Source of the DNA: a virus
Lineage: Duplodnaviria; Caudoviricetes
Reading direction: 5' to 3' (one strand)
DNA: 42,900 nt
Virus record (IMG/VR): IMGVR_UViG_3300031228_000014
Coordinates: 1-42,900 of that record
Shown: positions 17,367 to 26,473 of the stretch, in pieces
Layout of the letters: every line of letters begins with the position of its first letter
Position numbering within the stretch: position 1 is the stretch's first letter
Position numbers and translations under genes: made by a program
The notes under the pieces: model-generated
Told to the model about the DNA's origin: nothing
Databases searched by the model: none
Seen by the model: only the letters and a program-made list of their open reading frames with translations

Positions 17367-19807
17367 CGCACGCTCACCTCCGCTGTCGTAGACCGGATGC
17401 GGGCGGACCCGGTGGTAGAACGGGTGGACACGCCGGCGGTGGTGGAGTAGACGGCTGCGGTCCCGCCTGCCGGCACGGTTACAGACGGCGGCGGTTGCAG
17501 CGGCCGGGCGGTGTCTGCCTCGGCTGCCCGGCCGACGCCCGTCGGGCCGGCGGCTACGAGCACCCGCGCGTGGTCGGTCTGGGCTGCCTGGCCGGCGGGG
17601 CGGGCCTTCCCCGACACCAGTCCACCGACAGCCGAAGTGTCCGTGGCCCGGCCGACAAGCCGGTGCCGAGGCGCCCACGCCAGCGGCTGGGCGGAGTCGG
17701 TTGAGGCCACCCGGTCGACAGGGACCAGCAGCAACCCGGGGGGGCTCACCGGCCGGGCCGAGTCGACGGCGGTGGCGTGGCGGATCAGCCGGCGCAGCGG
17801 CGCCTGCGACACCGGCCGGGCGGATGCGGTGTCAACGACCCGGCCGACGGGCACCTGCTGCTGCCCGACCACCGCCACCGCACGCGCCAACGCTGCCGAA
17901 CTGGCCTGCCCCACTGGGGCGGCCTTGGTTGGCGCTACGTCGGCGGCGTCGGCCGATTCCACCGCCTGAGCAACCGGAATGCCCCGGGCGGCGGTGACTG
18001 CCTGCGCGGTGTCGACGGCATCCAGCAGCCCCAGCGTCTGGGCCTTGCCCGTGGTCAGCGACTGGGCCGCGTCGGACCCGGCGGCCGGACCAACCGTGGC
18101 GGCTTTGCGGCCGGCGGCAGCCTGAGCGATACCGGTTTCCGTGACCTGGTCGACGTTCGTGGACTTTGCCACCCCGGTCGGCTGGGCGGCGCCGGTGTCT
18201 GTGGCCTGCCCGACCGTTCGCGTCTTCGCCGCGCCAACCGTCTGCGCGGCACCCGATTCGGTGACCTGGTCAACAGCGATGGCCTGTGCGGCGGTGACCG
18301 GCCGGGCCGCGCCGGCGTCGGTTGCCTGGCCGGTTGCCTTCGCCTTTGCGACGCCGGTTGACGTGGCTGCGCTGGTCTCCGTGACCTGGTTGACCGTGGC
18401 GGTGAGTACGGTCGACGCCTGCGCGAACACCAGGGCGACCATGGCCCAGTCGCGGTTCGTGATCGCCGGGTTCCACGTCTGCTCAGTGGTGCCCGTGACG
18501 AGCTTGGTTGTCCCGCGGATGGTCTGGTTCGCCGCTGCGGTACCTGAGGCGGTAGACAGGCTGGTCAGGCTTGCCCAGGCGCCATCCGTGGTGTCGGCGT
18601 CCTGGGTGTACGTGTCGCCGGACGGCCCCTCGATCGCCAGGGCGCCGTAGAAAAGCTGGTCGGCGGCGGTCGGGGCGCGGGCAATCGACGGGGTGGCCGA
18701 CCCTCCGGTGGCCGTGGTCGCAGCAACCGCAACCGGCGTCACCGTGTCGATGTTCATCCACTCTTCGACCACGATCGCCTTGGCCGGCACGGACGTGCCG
18801 TTGTAGTCGAAGGTCAGGTCGTCGCCGTCGCTGTACGCGTTGCCGACCTGCGCGAAGGCGAGGTAGCAGGTGGTGCCGGCGTTCGCAGCGCCTGGGTCAC
18901 GGTTCGCCGGCCCCACAACCGTCCACGTGTTGGACCGGGGGTCGGTCACGGTCAACGTGGCCGCCGCGCCGCCGGCGGCAGCGTTGTCCAACGCCACCCG
19001 GGCGACCAGGAGGTTGCCGGTGGCGACCGACCCACCCGCGGCCAGGTCAACGGCGGTGGAGGTCTGGGAGGTCAGGTTCTGCGCGCTGCCTCGGACCGCG
19101 ACCAGCGTCGGCTCCGTCGGCGGGACCACCTCGGCCGTGGACCAGATCGCCAGGGCTGCGGTCAACATGCGCGTCTGCGTGCCGCCGCCGGGCAGCGTCA
19201 CCGTGTCCGCGTAGGACTGCTCCGGCTGGCCGGTAGCGGCAAGATAGCCGGCCGCGCCGGCGTTGCCGCCGCCAGCGCCCACACCGCCGAAGTGGTCCAG
19301 CAACGCGGCCCCGCCGCCGACCAGATCCGGCTCGACATCGGTGAACGCCCAGGTGACATTGCCGGTGTCACCGTCACGGGACACCAGCGCAGCCACCGCC
19401 AGCACGTCCCCGGTGGCGACCGTCTGCGTGGAGCCGGTGGCCAGCGACGCCACCGTGCCTGTGCCGGAGTCCGCCACCGCCGAGGTGACGAAGTCGTAGC
19501 CGGCGCCCTCCTCGACCACCAACCAGATCGCGCCGGTGTCGCCGGTGTTCCACGCCGCGGTGAACGTCACGGCGCTGACCGTGCCGGTCGGGGCCAGCTC
19601 GGCCACCGCCAGCGACCGGCGTGCCGAGTCGTCGCCGGACAGGGTCGCCTCAACGATCCGGTTCGTCCAAGTGGCAGAGCCTGCGTCCGGCGTCACTCCG
19701 AAGCTGGTGGCACCGGACCGGTTCCACGCTACGCAGATGATCCGCTGCCCGGCGGACGCGGACAGCTGGGCTACATCCGACCCGACGGTGGCAGCGATCA
19801 GACCCAT
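17363..19807 (-). CDS. large Ala/Thr/Gly-rich virion accessory (fibre-like) protein
   Basis: beta-rich N-terminal domains plus about 15 imperfect 20-aa repeats; lies within the head-neck module. Confidence 0.65.
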   Translation of the reverse strand: MGLIAATVGSDVAQLSASAGQRIICVAWNRSGATSFGVTPDAGSATWTNRIVEATLSGDDSARRSLAVAELAPTGTVSAVTFTAAWNTGDTGAIWLVVEEGAGYDFVTSAVADSGTGTVASLATGSTQTVATGDVLAVAALVSRDGDTGNVTWAFTDVEPDLVGGGAALLDHFGGVGAGGGNAGAAGYLAATGQPEQSYADTVTLPGGGTQTRMLTAALAIWSTAEVVPPTEPTLVAVRGSAQNLTSQTSTAVDLAAGGSVATGNLLVARVALDNAAAGGAAATLTVTDPRSNTWTVVGPANRDPGAANAGTTCYLAFAQVGNAYSDGDDLTFDYNGTSVPAKAIVVEEWMNIDTVTPVAVAATTATGGSATPSIARAPTAADQLFYGALAIEGPSGDTYTQDADTTDGAWASLTSLSTASGTAAANQTIRGTTKLVTGTTEQTWNPAITNRDWAMVALVFAQASTVLTATVNQVTETSAATSTGVAKAKATGQATDAGAARPVTAAQAIAVDQVTESGAAQTVGAAKTRTVGQATDTGAAQPTGVAKSTNVDQVTETGIAQAAAGRKAATVGPAAGSDAAQSLTTGKAQTLGLLDAVDTAQAVTAARGIPVAQAVESADAADVAPTKAAPVGQASSAALARAVAVVGQQQVPVGRVVDTASARPVSQAPLRRLIRHATAVDSARPVSPPGLLLVPVDRVASTDSAQPLAWAPRHRLVGRATDTSAVGGLVSGKARPAGQAAQTDHARVLVAAGPTGVGRAAEADTARPLQPPPSVTVPAGGTAAVYSTTAGVSTRSTTGSARIRSTTAEVSVR
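17500..18400 (-). repeat. ~20-aa protein tandem repeats (xQxTE/DxxAAxxV...K..V)
   Basis: DQVTESGAAQTVGAAKTRTV / GQATDTGAAQPTGVAKSTNV / DQVTETGIAQAAAGRKAATV. Confidence 0.7.
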
Positions 19808-19819
19808 AGCGGCGGGGCG

Positions 19820-20290
19820 CTAGCTGGCCCGGTAGAACCCGTCCGTGGCAATCTGCGCTGTGATGTCCGAGCCGTCCGGGGTTACCGCGAAGTCGTGCCA
19901 GGTCATCGGGACGATGTTCGCGTCCGTGCCGCCGGTCGAGTCGGAGTCGTAGCAGAACGCCAGGTCGGTCCAGTTGTCCCCGGCGCCGACCGCAGTCCAG
20001 GTCTGGTCGGGCACGTCCACGTCCACCCGGTCGTTGGTGTCGTCGTAGGTGACGGTGATCCCGTCACCCTCGTCGAGCACCTTCCGGGCGTAGTTGGTGT
20101 TGGTCGCCTCCGCCGTGTCGCCGTCGGCTTCGATCGCGGCGAGGGTGTCCAAGTCCTTGATCGTGGCGTCGGCCGCGGCGGTCACGAACGCGGCGATGAC
20201 GAACACCGCGTTGGTCGGGTCGTTTGCGTTGACCCGCTCCGCGAACTCGGTCACCCGGCCCAGGCTGCGGTTGAACACCAGATCGGCCAC
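19820..20290 (-). CDS. acidic virion structural protein
   Basis: ADLVFN..GRV, NYARK, DFAVTPDGSDITAQI: resembles small proteins that precede fibre genes. Confidence 0.7.
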   Translation of the reverse strand: MADLVFNRSLGRVTEFAERVNANDPTNAVFVIAAFVTAAADATIKDLDTLAAIEADGDTAEATNTNYARKVLDEGDGITVTYDDTNDRVDVDVPDQTWTAVGAGDNWTDLAFCYDSDSTGGTDANIVPMTWHDFAVTPDGSDITAQIATDGFYRAS

Positions 20291-20293
20291 GCC

Positions 20294-20740
20294 TCAGCCC
20301 TCCACTGTCACGTCATAGAAGTGGTCCACCCGGGTACGGCCAGCGGCGTACACCTTGTCGGTGACCTTGGTGGTGTCGTCTCCGGCGGCTGCGTACTTGT
20401 CCGGCTGGTGGGTCACCCGGAACCGCACGTCACCGTCCACCGTGTGCAGCACCAGGGTGTCGAAGTGGTGGAAGATGTGCGGCGGCTTGTCCGGCCGCCA
20501 CGGGTTGCCGGCGGGTCCGGACGGTCGGGTCACCGTCCGCTGCCCTTCGCCGGTCAGCCACCCCTCTGCGATGCCGCGCGCCACCCATCCGGTGGGCAGC
20601 CGGCACGCGGTGGGCAGTTCGCCCTCGACCCGCACGCCGGCCAGCGGCCATGTCCCCGGCGGGGAGCCGGGCTGGTCGCCCCACTTTGCCTTCTCGCCGC
20701 CGCTGCGGTCGGCCAGCTTCCGCACCCGCAGACCGGGCAT
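20294..20740 (-). CDS. hypothetical protein
   Basis: TGATG coupling; MPGLRVRKLADRS...HQPDKY. Confidence 0.65.
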   Translation of the reverse strand: MPGLRVRKLADRSGGEKAKWGDQPGSPPGTWPLAGVRVEGELPTACRLPTGWVARGIAEGWLTGEGQRTVTRPSGPAGNPWRPDKPPHIFHHFDTLVLHTVDGDVRFRVTHQPDKYAAAGDDTTKVTDKVYAAGRTRVDHFYDVTVEG

Positions 20741-21930
20741 CACGCATCTCCTTCGGTCGTGGCGACAGCCGGCGCCGCGCCGGCGATTCGCTCCAGCTTC
20801 GCGGCTAAGGTGGTACGCGGCTTGTCCCGCGCCTGCTCGGCGTCCAGCGCCTGCCGGGCACGCTCCAGATCGCCGGCGACCCACGCCAGCACCTCCTCGG
20901 CGTTGCCCTGCGGCACTTCGCCGTCGGTGGGCTCGTCAGCGCCCGCGCCCGGGTCCGGGTCCGGGTCCGGGTCCACCGACGCGGGCGGGTCGGCGGCGCC
21001 CGGGCCGTTCTTCGCATCCGACCCGGCCAGGAATGCCGGGGCAGGCTCGGCCGGCTCCACCCCCATCGCCCGCACCTGCGGCAGCAGCAGCACCGCAATC
21101 GAGTCCGGATCGCGGGTCACCGCAATCCCGTCGCGGAACCGCACCCGCGCGGCGGGCACCTGCAGCGACGGGTACTTCGTGCTGGCGAACTTCACTGGCA
21201 CTCCTAGCTTCAGTCTGGGCCTTGGCGCGGCGACTGGCGGCGGCGGGCGGAGCCTCGGCTGGTACCTGGCGGTGGAACGGCTCAGCGCCGGGATGCTGAC
21301 TACTTCGCCGTCCCAACGCTGAGCCAGGGCGGAGGCGGTCGCGCCGATGAACTTGTGCGCCCGCCGCACGGCTGTGCGGCCCGGCACCAGCGACGGCAGG
21401 TCCCGGTGATCCACCAGGGACGGCCACGGGTAGTAGGTGAGGATGCCCTGGTGGCCGAGCCACCGGCTGATCCGCTTGTCGTAGTTGGCGACATCCGGTC
21501 GCGTGTCACCCCAGGCGATCATGTCGTCGATGAACTCGGTCGGCAGGACGATCCCGGGACCCCAGTTGAGATTGGCCATCGTCAACCAGGACGTCTGTCC
21601 GGTGGTCTGGTCGATGAGCTGCTGCACGAGGTCCCGGAGTGGGCGTACCCTGCCGCAGTAGAGGCACAGCGGCGTCTTCTCCGGCACGTGCTGGAGCGCC
21701 TGCTCGACACCGGCCACCAGGTCCCGACAGACGATCGCGTCATCCTGGATAACCAACCCGAAGTCGGCCGACCGGTCTATGGCCTGCCAGGCGCGGCGGC
21801 CGGTGTCCCAGCGGTCATTGCGCCGGTCCCACACCACCTCGGCCGGCCGGTCCAGCGCGGCCAACAGGCCGGGGATGTACGACTCCCGCTTGCGGTGGGC
21901 CATCACCACAACGGACACGGTCGGCGTCAA
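20740..21930 (-). CDS. GT-A glycosyltransferase fused to a putative head-associated domain
   Basis: VVVMAHRKR, VIQDDAIVC, WPSLVDHRD; C-terminal EVLAWV..A..AL.AE...KPR.TL; internal AGGAG-GTG at 21195. Confidence 0.75.
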   Translation of the reverse strand: MTPTVSVVVMAHRKRESYIPGLLAALDRPAEVVWDRRNDRWDTGRRAWQAIDRSADFGLVIQDDAIVCRDLVAGVEQALQHVPEKTPLCLYCGRVRPLRDLVQQLIDQTTGQTSWLTMANLNWGPGIVLPTEFIDDMIAWGDTRPDVANYDKRISRWLGHQGILTYYPWPSLVDHRDLPSLVPGRTAVRRAHKFIGATASALAQRWDGEVVSIPALSRSTARYQPRLRPPPPVAAPRPRLKLGVPVKFASTKYPSLQVPAARVRFRDGIAVTRDPDSIAVLLLPQVRAMGVEPAEPAPAFLAGSDAKNGPGAADPPASVDPDPDPDPGAGADEPTDGEVPQGNAEEVLAWVAGDLERARQALDAEQARDKPRTTLAAKLERIAGAAPAVATTEGDA

Positions 21931-22541
21931 CGCGGGTCCCACCGCTGCTGGTGCCAACGGAACCCGCGCGCCATCCGGTAGCCGAGCGGTTCCAGCAGCT
22001 TGCCGGTGGCGGCGCTGTAGGTGTCGTCCCACGCCTCGGCGTAGATCACCGGCCGGCAGCGTTCGATGGTCCCCAGGCCACCGCGGATCACGTCCGTTTC
22101 CATGCCCTCCGTGTCGATTTTCAAAAGCGCCGGATCGAGCCGGAAGGAGTCCAGCGTGCGCACGCGGATCGGCCCGCCGCCGTCCACGGCGAGCTTCCCC
22201 TTCCCGGCGTGGCTGGCGAAGTCGTCGTACGATCCCAGCGCCACCGGGTGGACCGCGATCCGGTCTTCCAGGCCGTTGAGGGCGACGTTTGCCGTCAGCG
22301 CTTCCACGTGTACGGGCTCGAAAGCCGCCACCCTAAGGCCGCACACCACGGCCAGCCACAGCGCGTGGTTGCCGATGTTCGCCCCGGCATCCACGGCGAG
22401 CCCTCGGAGCCCCAGCGAGCGCATGTCGTCAAGGACCAGCGCCTCCCAGGGCACGCCGGTCCGCAGCGTCTTGGCGACCTTGCCCCCGCCGCCAGGGTTG
22501 TGGATGCGGTAGCGGGCGCCGGGCGGGCCGAGTTCGATCAC
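21927..22541 (-). CDS. FkbM-family SAM methyltransferase
   Basis: VDAGANIGNH, AFEP, TLDS, LLKIDTEGME..V..G. Confidence 0.9.
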   Translation of the reverse strand: MIELGPPGARYRIHNPGGGGKVAKTLRTGVPWEALVLDDMRSLGLRGLAVDAGANIGNHALWLAVVCGLRVAAFEPVHVEALTANVALNGLEDRIAVHPVALGSYDDFASHAGKGKLAVDGGGPIRVRTLDSFRLDPALLKIDTEGMETDVIRGGLGTIERCRPVIYAEAWDDTYSAATGKLLEPLGYRMARGFRWHQQRWDPR

Positions 22542-23077
22542 CGGCGCCTCCTCTTGTTGTGCCGGATCTCCAGCTCGGCGTGGGCAGCCCGCAGGTCACC
22601 CTGGGCGCCGATCCGCTCCCACATGTCGTCGAACCCCGGCCGCAGGTCAGGCAGCGACGCCTTCACCACCTTGGTTTTGCCACGCAGGAACAGGCCGATG
22701 TTGTCCTCGACCGTCTGCGCTGTCAGCTCCGCCAGCTCGCGCCAATCCTGCTCCGGGGAGCGTTGGAGGATGCCGCTGTCCATCGCCCGCAGCAAGCTGA
22801 CCCCGTCACGCCAGCGGGCATCCATGGATGCGACGACCTGCTCTCGGGGCCTGGTCAGGTGGACGTACAGCGGGTCGTCACCGTAGAGCCGGTCCAGGGT
22901 GCCGAGGAACCAGGCGAGCCGGTTGGCGACCTCGATGTGCCCGTCCGGGAACTCGCAGCGCCCCTCGGTCAGGTGGCAGCGGGACTCGTGCGCAGACGTG
23001 TAGTTGGTGATGTGTCCACAGGCGCGGGCGAAGGTGGTACTGCCGGTCTTTCCGGTGGTCAGGACGAAGACCCTCAC
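22538..23077 (-). CDS. sulfotransferase-like P-loop protein
   Basis: FVLTTGKTGSTTF (PAPS-binding-like loop), HES, VHLTRPREQVVAS. Confidence 0.6.
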   Translation of the reverse strand: MRVFVLTTGKTGSTTFARACGHITNYTSAHESRCHLTEGRCEFPDGHIEVANRLAWFLGTLDRLYGDDPLYVHLTRPREQVVASMDARWRDGVSLLRAMDSGILQRSPEQDWRELAELTAQTVEDNIGLFLRGKTKVVKASLPDLRPGFDDMWERIGAQGDLRAAHAELEIRHNKRRRR

Positions 23078-23487
23078 GGCGCCTGTCCCAGTCTCCGTTT
23101 TAGCTCGGTCGTGCTGATCCCTGGCGTGTAAGGCAGGATGACCAGGGCGGTACCCCGTGCGTCGAGGGTGGCCTGGTCAACGCCGAGCCGTGCGAGCCAG
23201 TCGGGTTGGGACCAGTCCGAGCCGATCGCGAGCACATCCGGGCGGACCTCGGCGATCAGGGCGGCGCCGGGTTCGACGGACTCACGGACCTCGTAGCCGA
23301 GCGCGCCGATCAGCGCGCCCCGCTCGGCGAAGGTGAACACAGGCGGGTGGCCGCGCAGACGGGCCACCATGGCGTCGGAGCGGACCGCCACAACCACCCG
23401 GCCGGCGTGGCGTTCGCAGCGGCGCAGGAACGCGGCGTGCCCGGCGTGTGGGCAATCGAAGGTGCCGAAGGTCAGGAGGGTGGTCAC
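23074..23487 (-). CDS. TagD-like cytidylyltransferase
   Basis: TFGTFDCPHAGH (HxGH), IGSDW, PYTPGISTTEL. Confidence 0.9.
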   Translation of the reverse strand: MTTLLTFGTFDCPHAGHAAFLRRCERHAGRVVVAVRSDAMVARLRGHPPVFTFAERGALIGALGYEVRESVEPGAALIAEVRPDVLAIGSDWSQPDWLARLGVDQATLDARGTALVILPYTPGISTTELKRRLGQAP

Positions 23488-24623
23488 AGCCGGCGCATGT
23501 TCCTCGGGCTGGTGTCCCACCGCCAATCCCGCCGCGGCGTCAGCCAGTCCGGCCCGTACTGGTGCTTCAGGTACTCCTCGGCTGGCCACGGCATCAGGCA
23601 GCGACGCAGGTAGTGGACCGTCGGCCGCATCGCGTCGAACAGGTGCGCCGGGTAGTCCATGCGCAGGTTCTGCGCCTTGCCGTGCAGCTTGTAGACCGAG
23701 TCCCCGTCTCGGTAGTGGGTGTGAATGTCGATCTTCGTGGTGCCGTGGACCGGCCACATCTGCGCGTCCCGGTCACGCCGGAACGGCCAGCCGACGGCCC
23801 GGAATGCGGCCCGCACCCGGTCCACGTCGGCCGGCCAGATACCCAGGTCCACGTCCAGGTCCCACGGAATCCACGCCCCGTCGCGGACGTGGCCGAGCAG
23901 CACCCCGGAGGTGAGCCACCACGTCACCCCGGCCGCGTCCAGCAGGTCCGCTGCGGCGCGGAACGCGGCGATCTGCCCACGGGCGGCCCCGTGGCGGGCG
24001 GTGTTGTCGTACCGATGGTTGACGTAGGCCCGGGACAGGTCCGGTACCCGGCCGGCGTCCCGGTCGCGGATGGACTGGCCGGCGAACATCCACCACGGAT
24101 GCACCGTCACGTCCGCCGGCTTCAGCCGCTGGTACTCCCGGTCAACGAACCGGGTGCCGACCATGTCGTGGATGCGGCCGCCTGCGTGGGTCTTCACGCT
24201 GGCGGGCATCGTGTCGAGCAGGTGGGCCAGGAACGGGTGCCCGGGGACGGCGGCGCACACGGCCTGCGTCAACCCGTCGGTCCGGTTCGGGCTGGTGGGG
24301 AACCACGCCTGGTCGTCGAGCAGCGGGTCCAACGGGCGCAGGCATTCGGCGTCGGTGTCCGTGTAGACACCGCCGTGCGCGTGCAGGATCTCCAGGCGGG
24401 CGATGTCGGCACGGAACCGGATCCAGTCGCCCGGCGCCAGCTGTTCGGCCCGGTTGTACAGGTTCCGGTTGACCATGTCCAGCTGGTCCAGCTCGGCCGG
24501 GGTCCACAGCCGATGCTCCCAGCCGGGGTGGTGCTCCCGCCAGGTGTCGGCGTTACGCCTGTACCGGCACGGCACCGGGTCCACGTCCGGCCACACCCGG
24601 TGCAGAGTACGGGGGATGCTCAT
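23484..24623 (-). CDS. GT32 (DXD) glycosyltransferase fused to a LicD-family phosphotransferase
   Basis: IPRTLHRVW, ADIARLEILHAHGGVYTDTD; LicD motif WLTSGVLLGHVRDGAWIPWDLDVDLG. Confidence 0.85.
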   Translation of the reverse strand: MSIPRTLHRVWPDVDPVPCRYRRNADTWREHHPGWEHRLWTPAELDQLDMVNRNLYNRAEQLAPGDWIRFRADIARLEILHAHGGVYTDTDAECLRPLDPLLDDQAWFPTSPNRTDGLTQAVCAAVPGHPFLAHLLDTMPASVKTHAGGRIHDMVGTRFVDREYQRLKPADVTVHPWWMFAGQSIRDRDAGRVPDLSRAYVNHRYDNTARHGAARGQIAAFRAAADLLDAAGVTWWLTSGVLLGHVRDGAWIPWDLDVDLGIWPADVDRVRAAFRAVGWPFRRDRDAQMWPVHGTTKIDIHTHYRDGDSVYKLHGKAQNLRMDYPAHLFDAMRPTVHYLRRCLMPWPAEEYLKHQYGPDWLTPRRDWRWDTSPRNMRRL

Positions 24624-24720
24624 CGGGTACCCTTGCGGCCAAAGGTCAGGCATGGTCCGGCGGGGTCCGGAATGGCGGGCCGGGGCCAGGCTGGGCATGG
24701 CGTGGATGGCCGCCCGCGGT

Positions 24721-25431
24721 TCACTGCGGGCGGTCCACTTCTTGCTCCGCAAGCTTGGACGCGGCGACCACCCGCCCAGCGAGCGGATGGTCGAGCAGGG
24801 ACATGCTCGGGATGATGCAGTGGCCACCAACGCCGCCAGGAACATGCCGCAGCACCGGCTGCACGAACTCCGGGTGGCCCATGGCCACGTACCCGTCGTT
24901 GTACGCCTGCCGAAACGCGGTATAGACGACACCGAAGTCGAGGCCGCGCTCGGCGCAGTAGGCCAGGATGGCTTTCTCCAGCGCGATAGACAGGCCGTAG
25001 GTGCACAGCTCCCACAGCTTGCCCGCCTCAGTCTCGGCCGCCCGGCCGTGCACCGCCACGTCGCAGCCGGCCGCCTCGAACAGCTTCGCCGCCTCGTCGG
25101 CACGCTGCCCGCCGAAGTGCTTCACGAACGTCAACAGCCCCTCGGCCAGGTGCGGATGCCGTCCCCGGACCGGGGAATGCACCCACCCCTGCGGGTCACA
25201 CGTGCCCACCGGGACGGTCGAGTGGACCACCACCAAGTCGGTCATGTGCTCCCGCCGGTACCGGCGCACCTCATCGACGAAGGTGTCAGACCAGGGGAAG
25301 CACACGTGCAGCACGTCCGCGGCCAGCTCCACCGGCTCCACGTCCCGCAGATCCGCCTGGGCGACGCGGGAGAGGACGGCATGCACCGCCCTACCGACCT
25401 CTCCCGCACCCACCACCAGATGCACGGTCAA
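24721..25431 (-). CDS. short UDP-glucose/GDP-mannose dehydrogenase family protein
   Basis: VVGAGEVG, HSTVPVGT, HSPVR, EAGKLWE, catalytic GGHCI. Confidence 0.8.
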   Translation of the reverse strand: MTVHLVVGAGEVGRAVHAVLSRVAQADLRDVEPVELAADVLHVCFPWSDTFVDEVRRYRREHMTDLVVVHSTVPVGTCDPQGWVHSPVRGRHPHLAEGLLTFVKHFGGQRADEAAKLFEAAGCDVAVHGRAAETEAGKLWELCTYGLSIALEKAILAYCAERGLDFGVVYTAFRQAYNDGYVAMGHPEFVQPVLRHVPGGVGGHCIIPSMSLLDHPLAGRVVAASKLAEQEVDRPQ

Positions 25432-25434
25432 CGC

Positions 25435-26421
25435 TCAGGAGTTGCTGTCGTCGAGACCGGCGATCTTGCCGTGGGTCTTCTCGTTGCCGTACCGCAGCCC
25501 GATCTCGCCGTAAATCTGCCGGGTGTCCGAGGCGCCGACCTTCGCCAGCGGCTCCTCGAACAGGAACCCCTTACCGGGGATCTCCAGGAACACCGGGGCG
25601 CACTGCTCCAGCGACACGACCTCCAGCGTGTCGGTGGGCATGTGCCGGTTCAACATCACGTTCAGGTCTCCGAAGTCGGTGCTGATCGTCATCACCCGGA
25701 CACCGGCGATGGTGCGGGACATCTCCCGGTAGTTCTTGTCCGTGATGAAGATCTTCGTCAGCAGCCGCTTCTGGTGCCCGTTGCACATCAGCGCCGCGGT
25801 GTCGGCCATGGAGATGCCGCCGTTCTCCCACACCGACTGGAGCAGGTCCAGCACCATGTCCTCGGTCAGGGTGGCGCCGGCGGCGGCGACCACGTTGGTG
25901 ACGGTGGCCTCGATGATGCCGCGGGTGCGGCGGGCTTGCGCGTTGGTGGCCGGGTTGTTGTGCGTGCCGGAGATGAACGACTTCTCGACGTCGCGGGCGA
26001 TCTGCACCAGGTGCTGCTGGATCTGCCACGAGATTTCGTCCCCGACCGGGTTGATGCCGGAGATGCCGACGCTGCCCGGGTGGTTGGAGCCGGTGGAGTT
26101 GTACTGCCCGGTGGCGGCCTGCTTGGTGTAGGAGATCTCCACGAACTCCTGGTGGATCTCCACCACGTTGGCCACGTTGAACCGGACGCGGGCCTCCTTG
26201 TCGCCGGTCTGCGCGGCGTAGCCCTCCACCCGCTGCCGGGTGTCCGACGCGTCCCGCAGGTCGAAGCCCTGCCACTGGAACAGCGTCGAGTCGGTCCGCT
26301 CGCCGCCGGTCAGACCGCCGATCGCCGACAGGAACGGCGTGTCGGTCGGGGTGACCGCGAACAGCTCGCCCACGAAATTCGGAAGCGTAAATGTGGTTCC
26401 CTGCCCGGTGATACCCGCCAT
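25435..26421 (-). CDS. major capsid protein (SU10/DUF5309-like)
   Basis: TPFLSAIG, N..EIHQE, IARDVEKSFI, QIYGEIGL; GAGGAGGT RBS; follows scaffold. Confidence 0.9.
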   Translation of the reverse strand: MAGITGQGTTFTLPNFVGELFAVTPTDTPFLSAIGGLTGGERTDSTLFQWQGFDLRDASDTRQRVEGYAAQTGDKEARVRFNVANVVEIHQEFVEISYTKQAATGQYNSTGSNHPGSVGISGINPVGDEISWQIQQHLVQIARDVEKSFISGTHNNPATNAQARRTRGIIEATVTNVVAAAGATLTEDMVLDLLQSVWENGGISMADTAALMCNGHQKRLLTKIFITDKNYREMSRTIAGVRVMTISTDFGDLNVMLNRHMPTDTLEVVSLEQCAPVFLEIPGKGFLFEEPLAKVGASDTRQIYGEIGLRYGNEKTHGKIAGLDDSNS

Positions 26422-26473
26422 GGGGTCTCTACCTCCTCATTGTTCGGGCACAGCCGGGCCGGCTTGCCCTGCT

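Noticed and set aside
20950-20975. GGGTCC tandem repeat as a contingency locus
   Set aside because: In-frame hexamer encoding a DP linker; copy changes would not shift the frame
19292-21322. 676-aa plus-strand ORF
   Set aside because: Spans several well-supported minus-strand genes; GC-rich shadow frame
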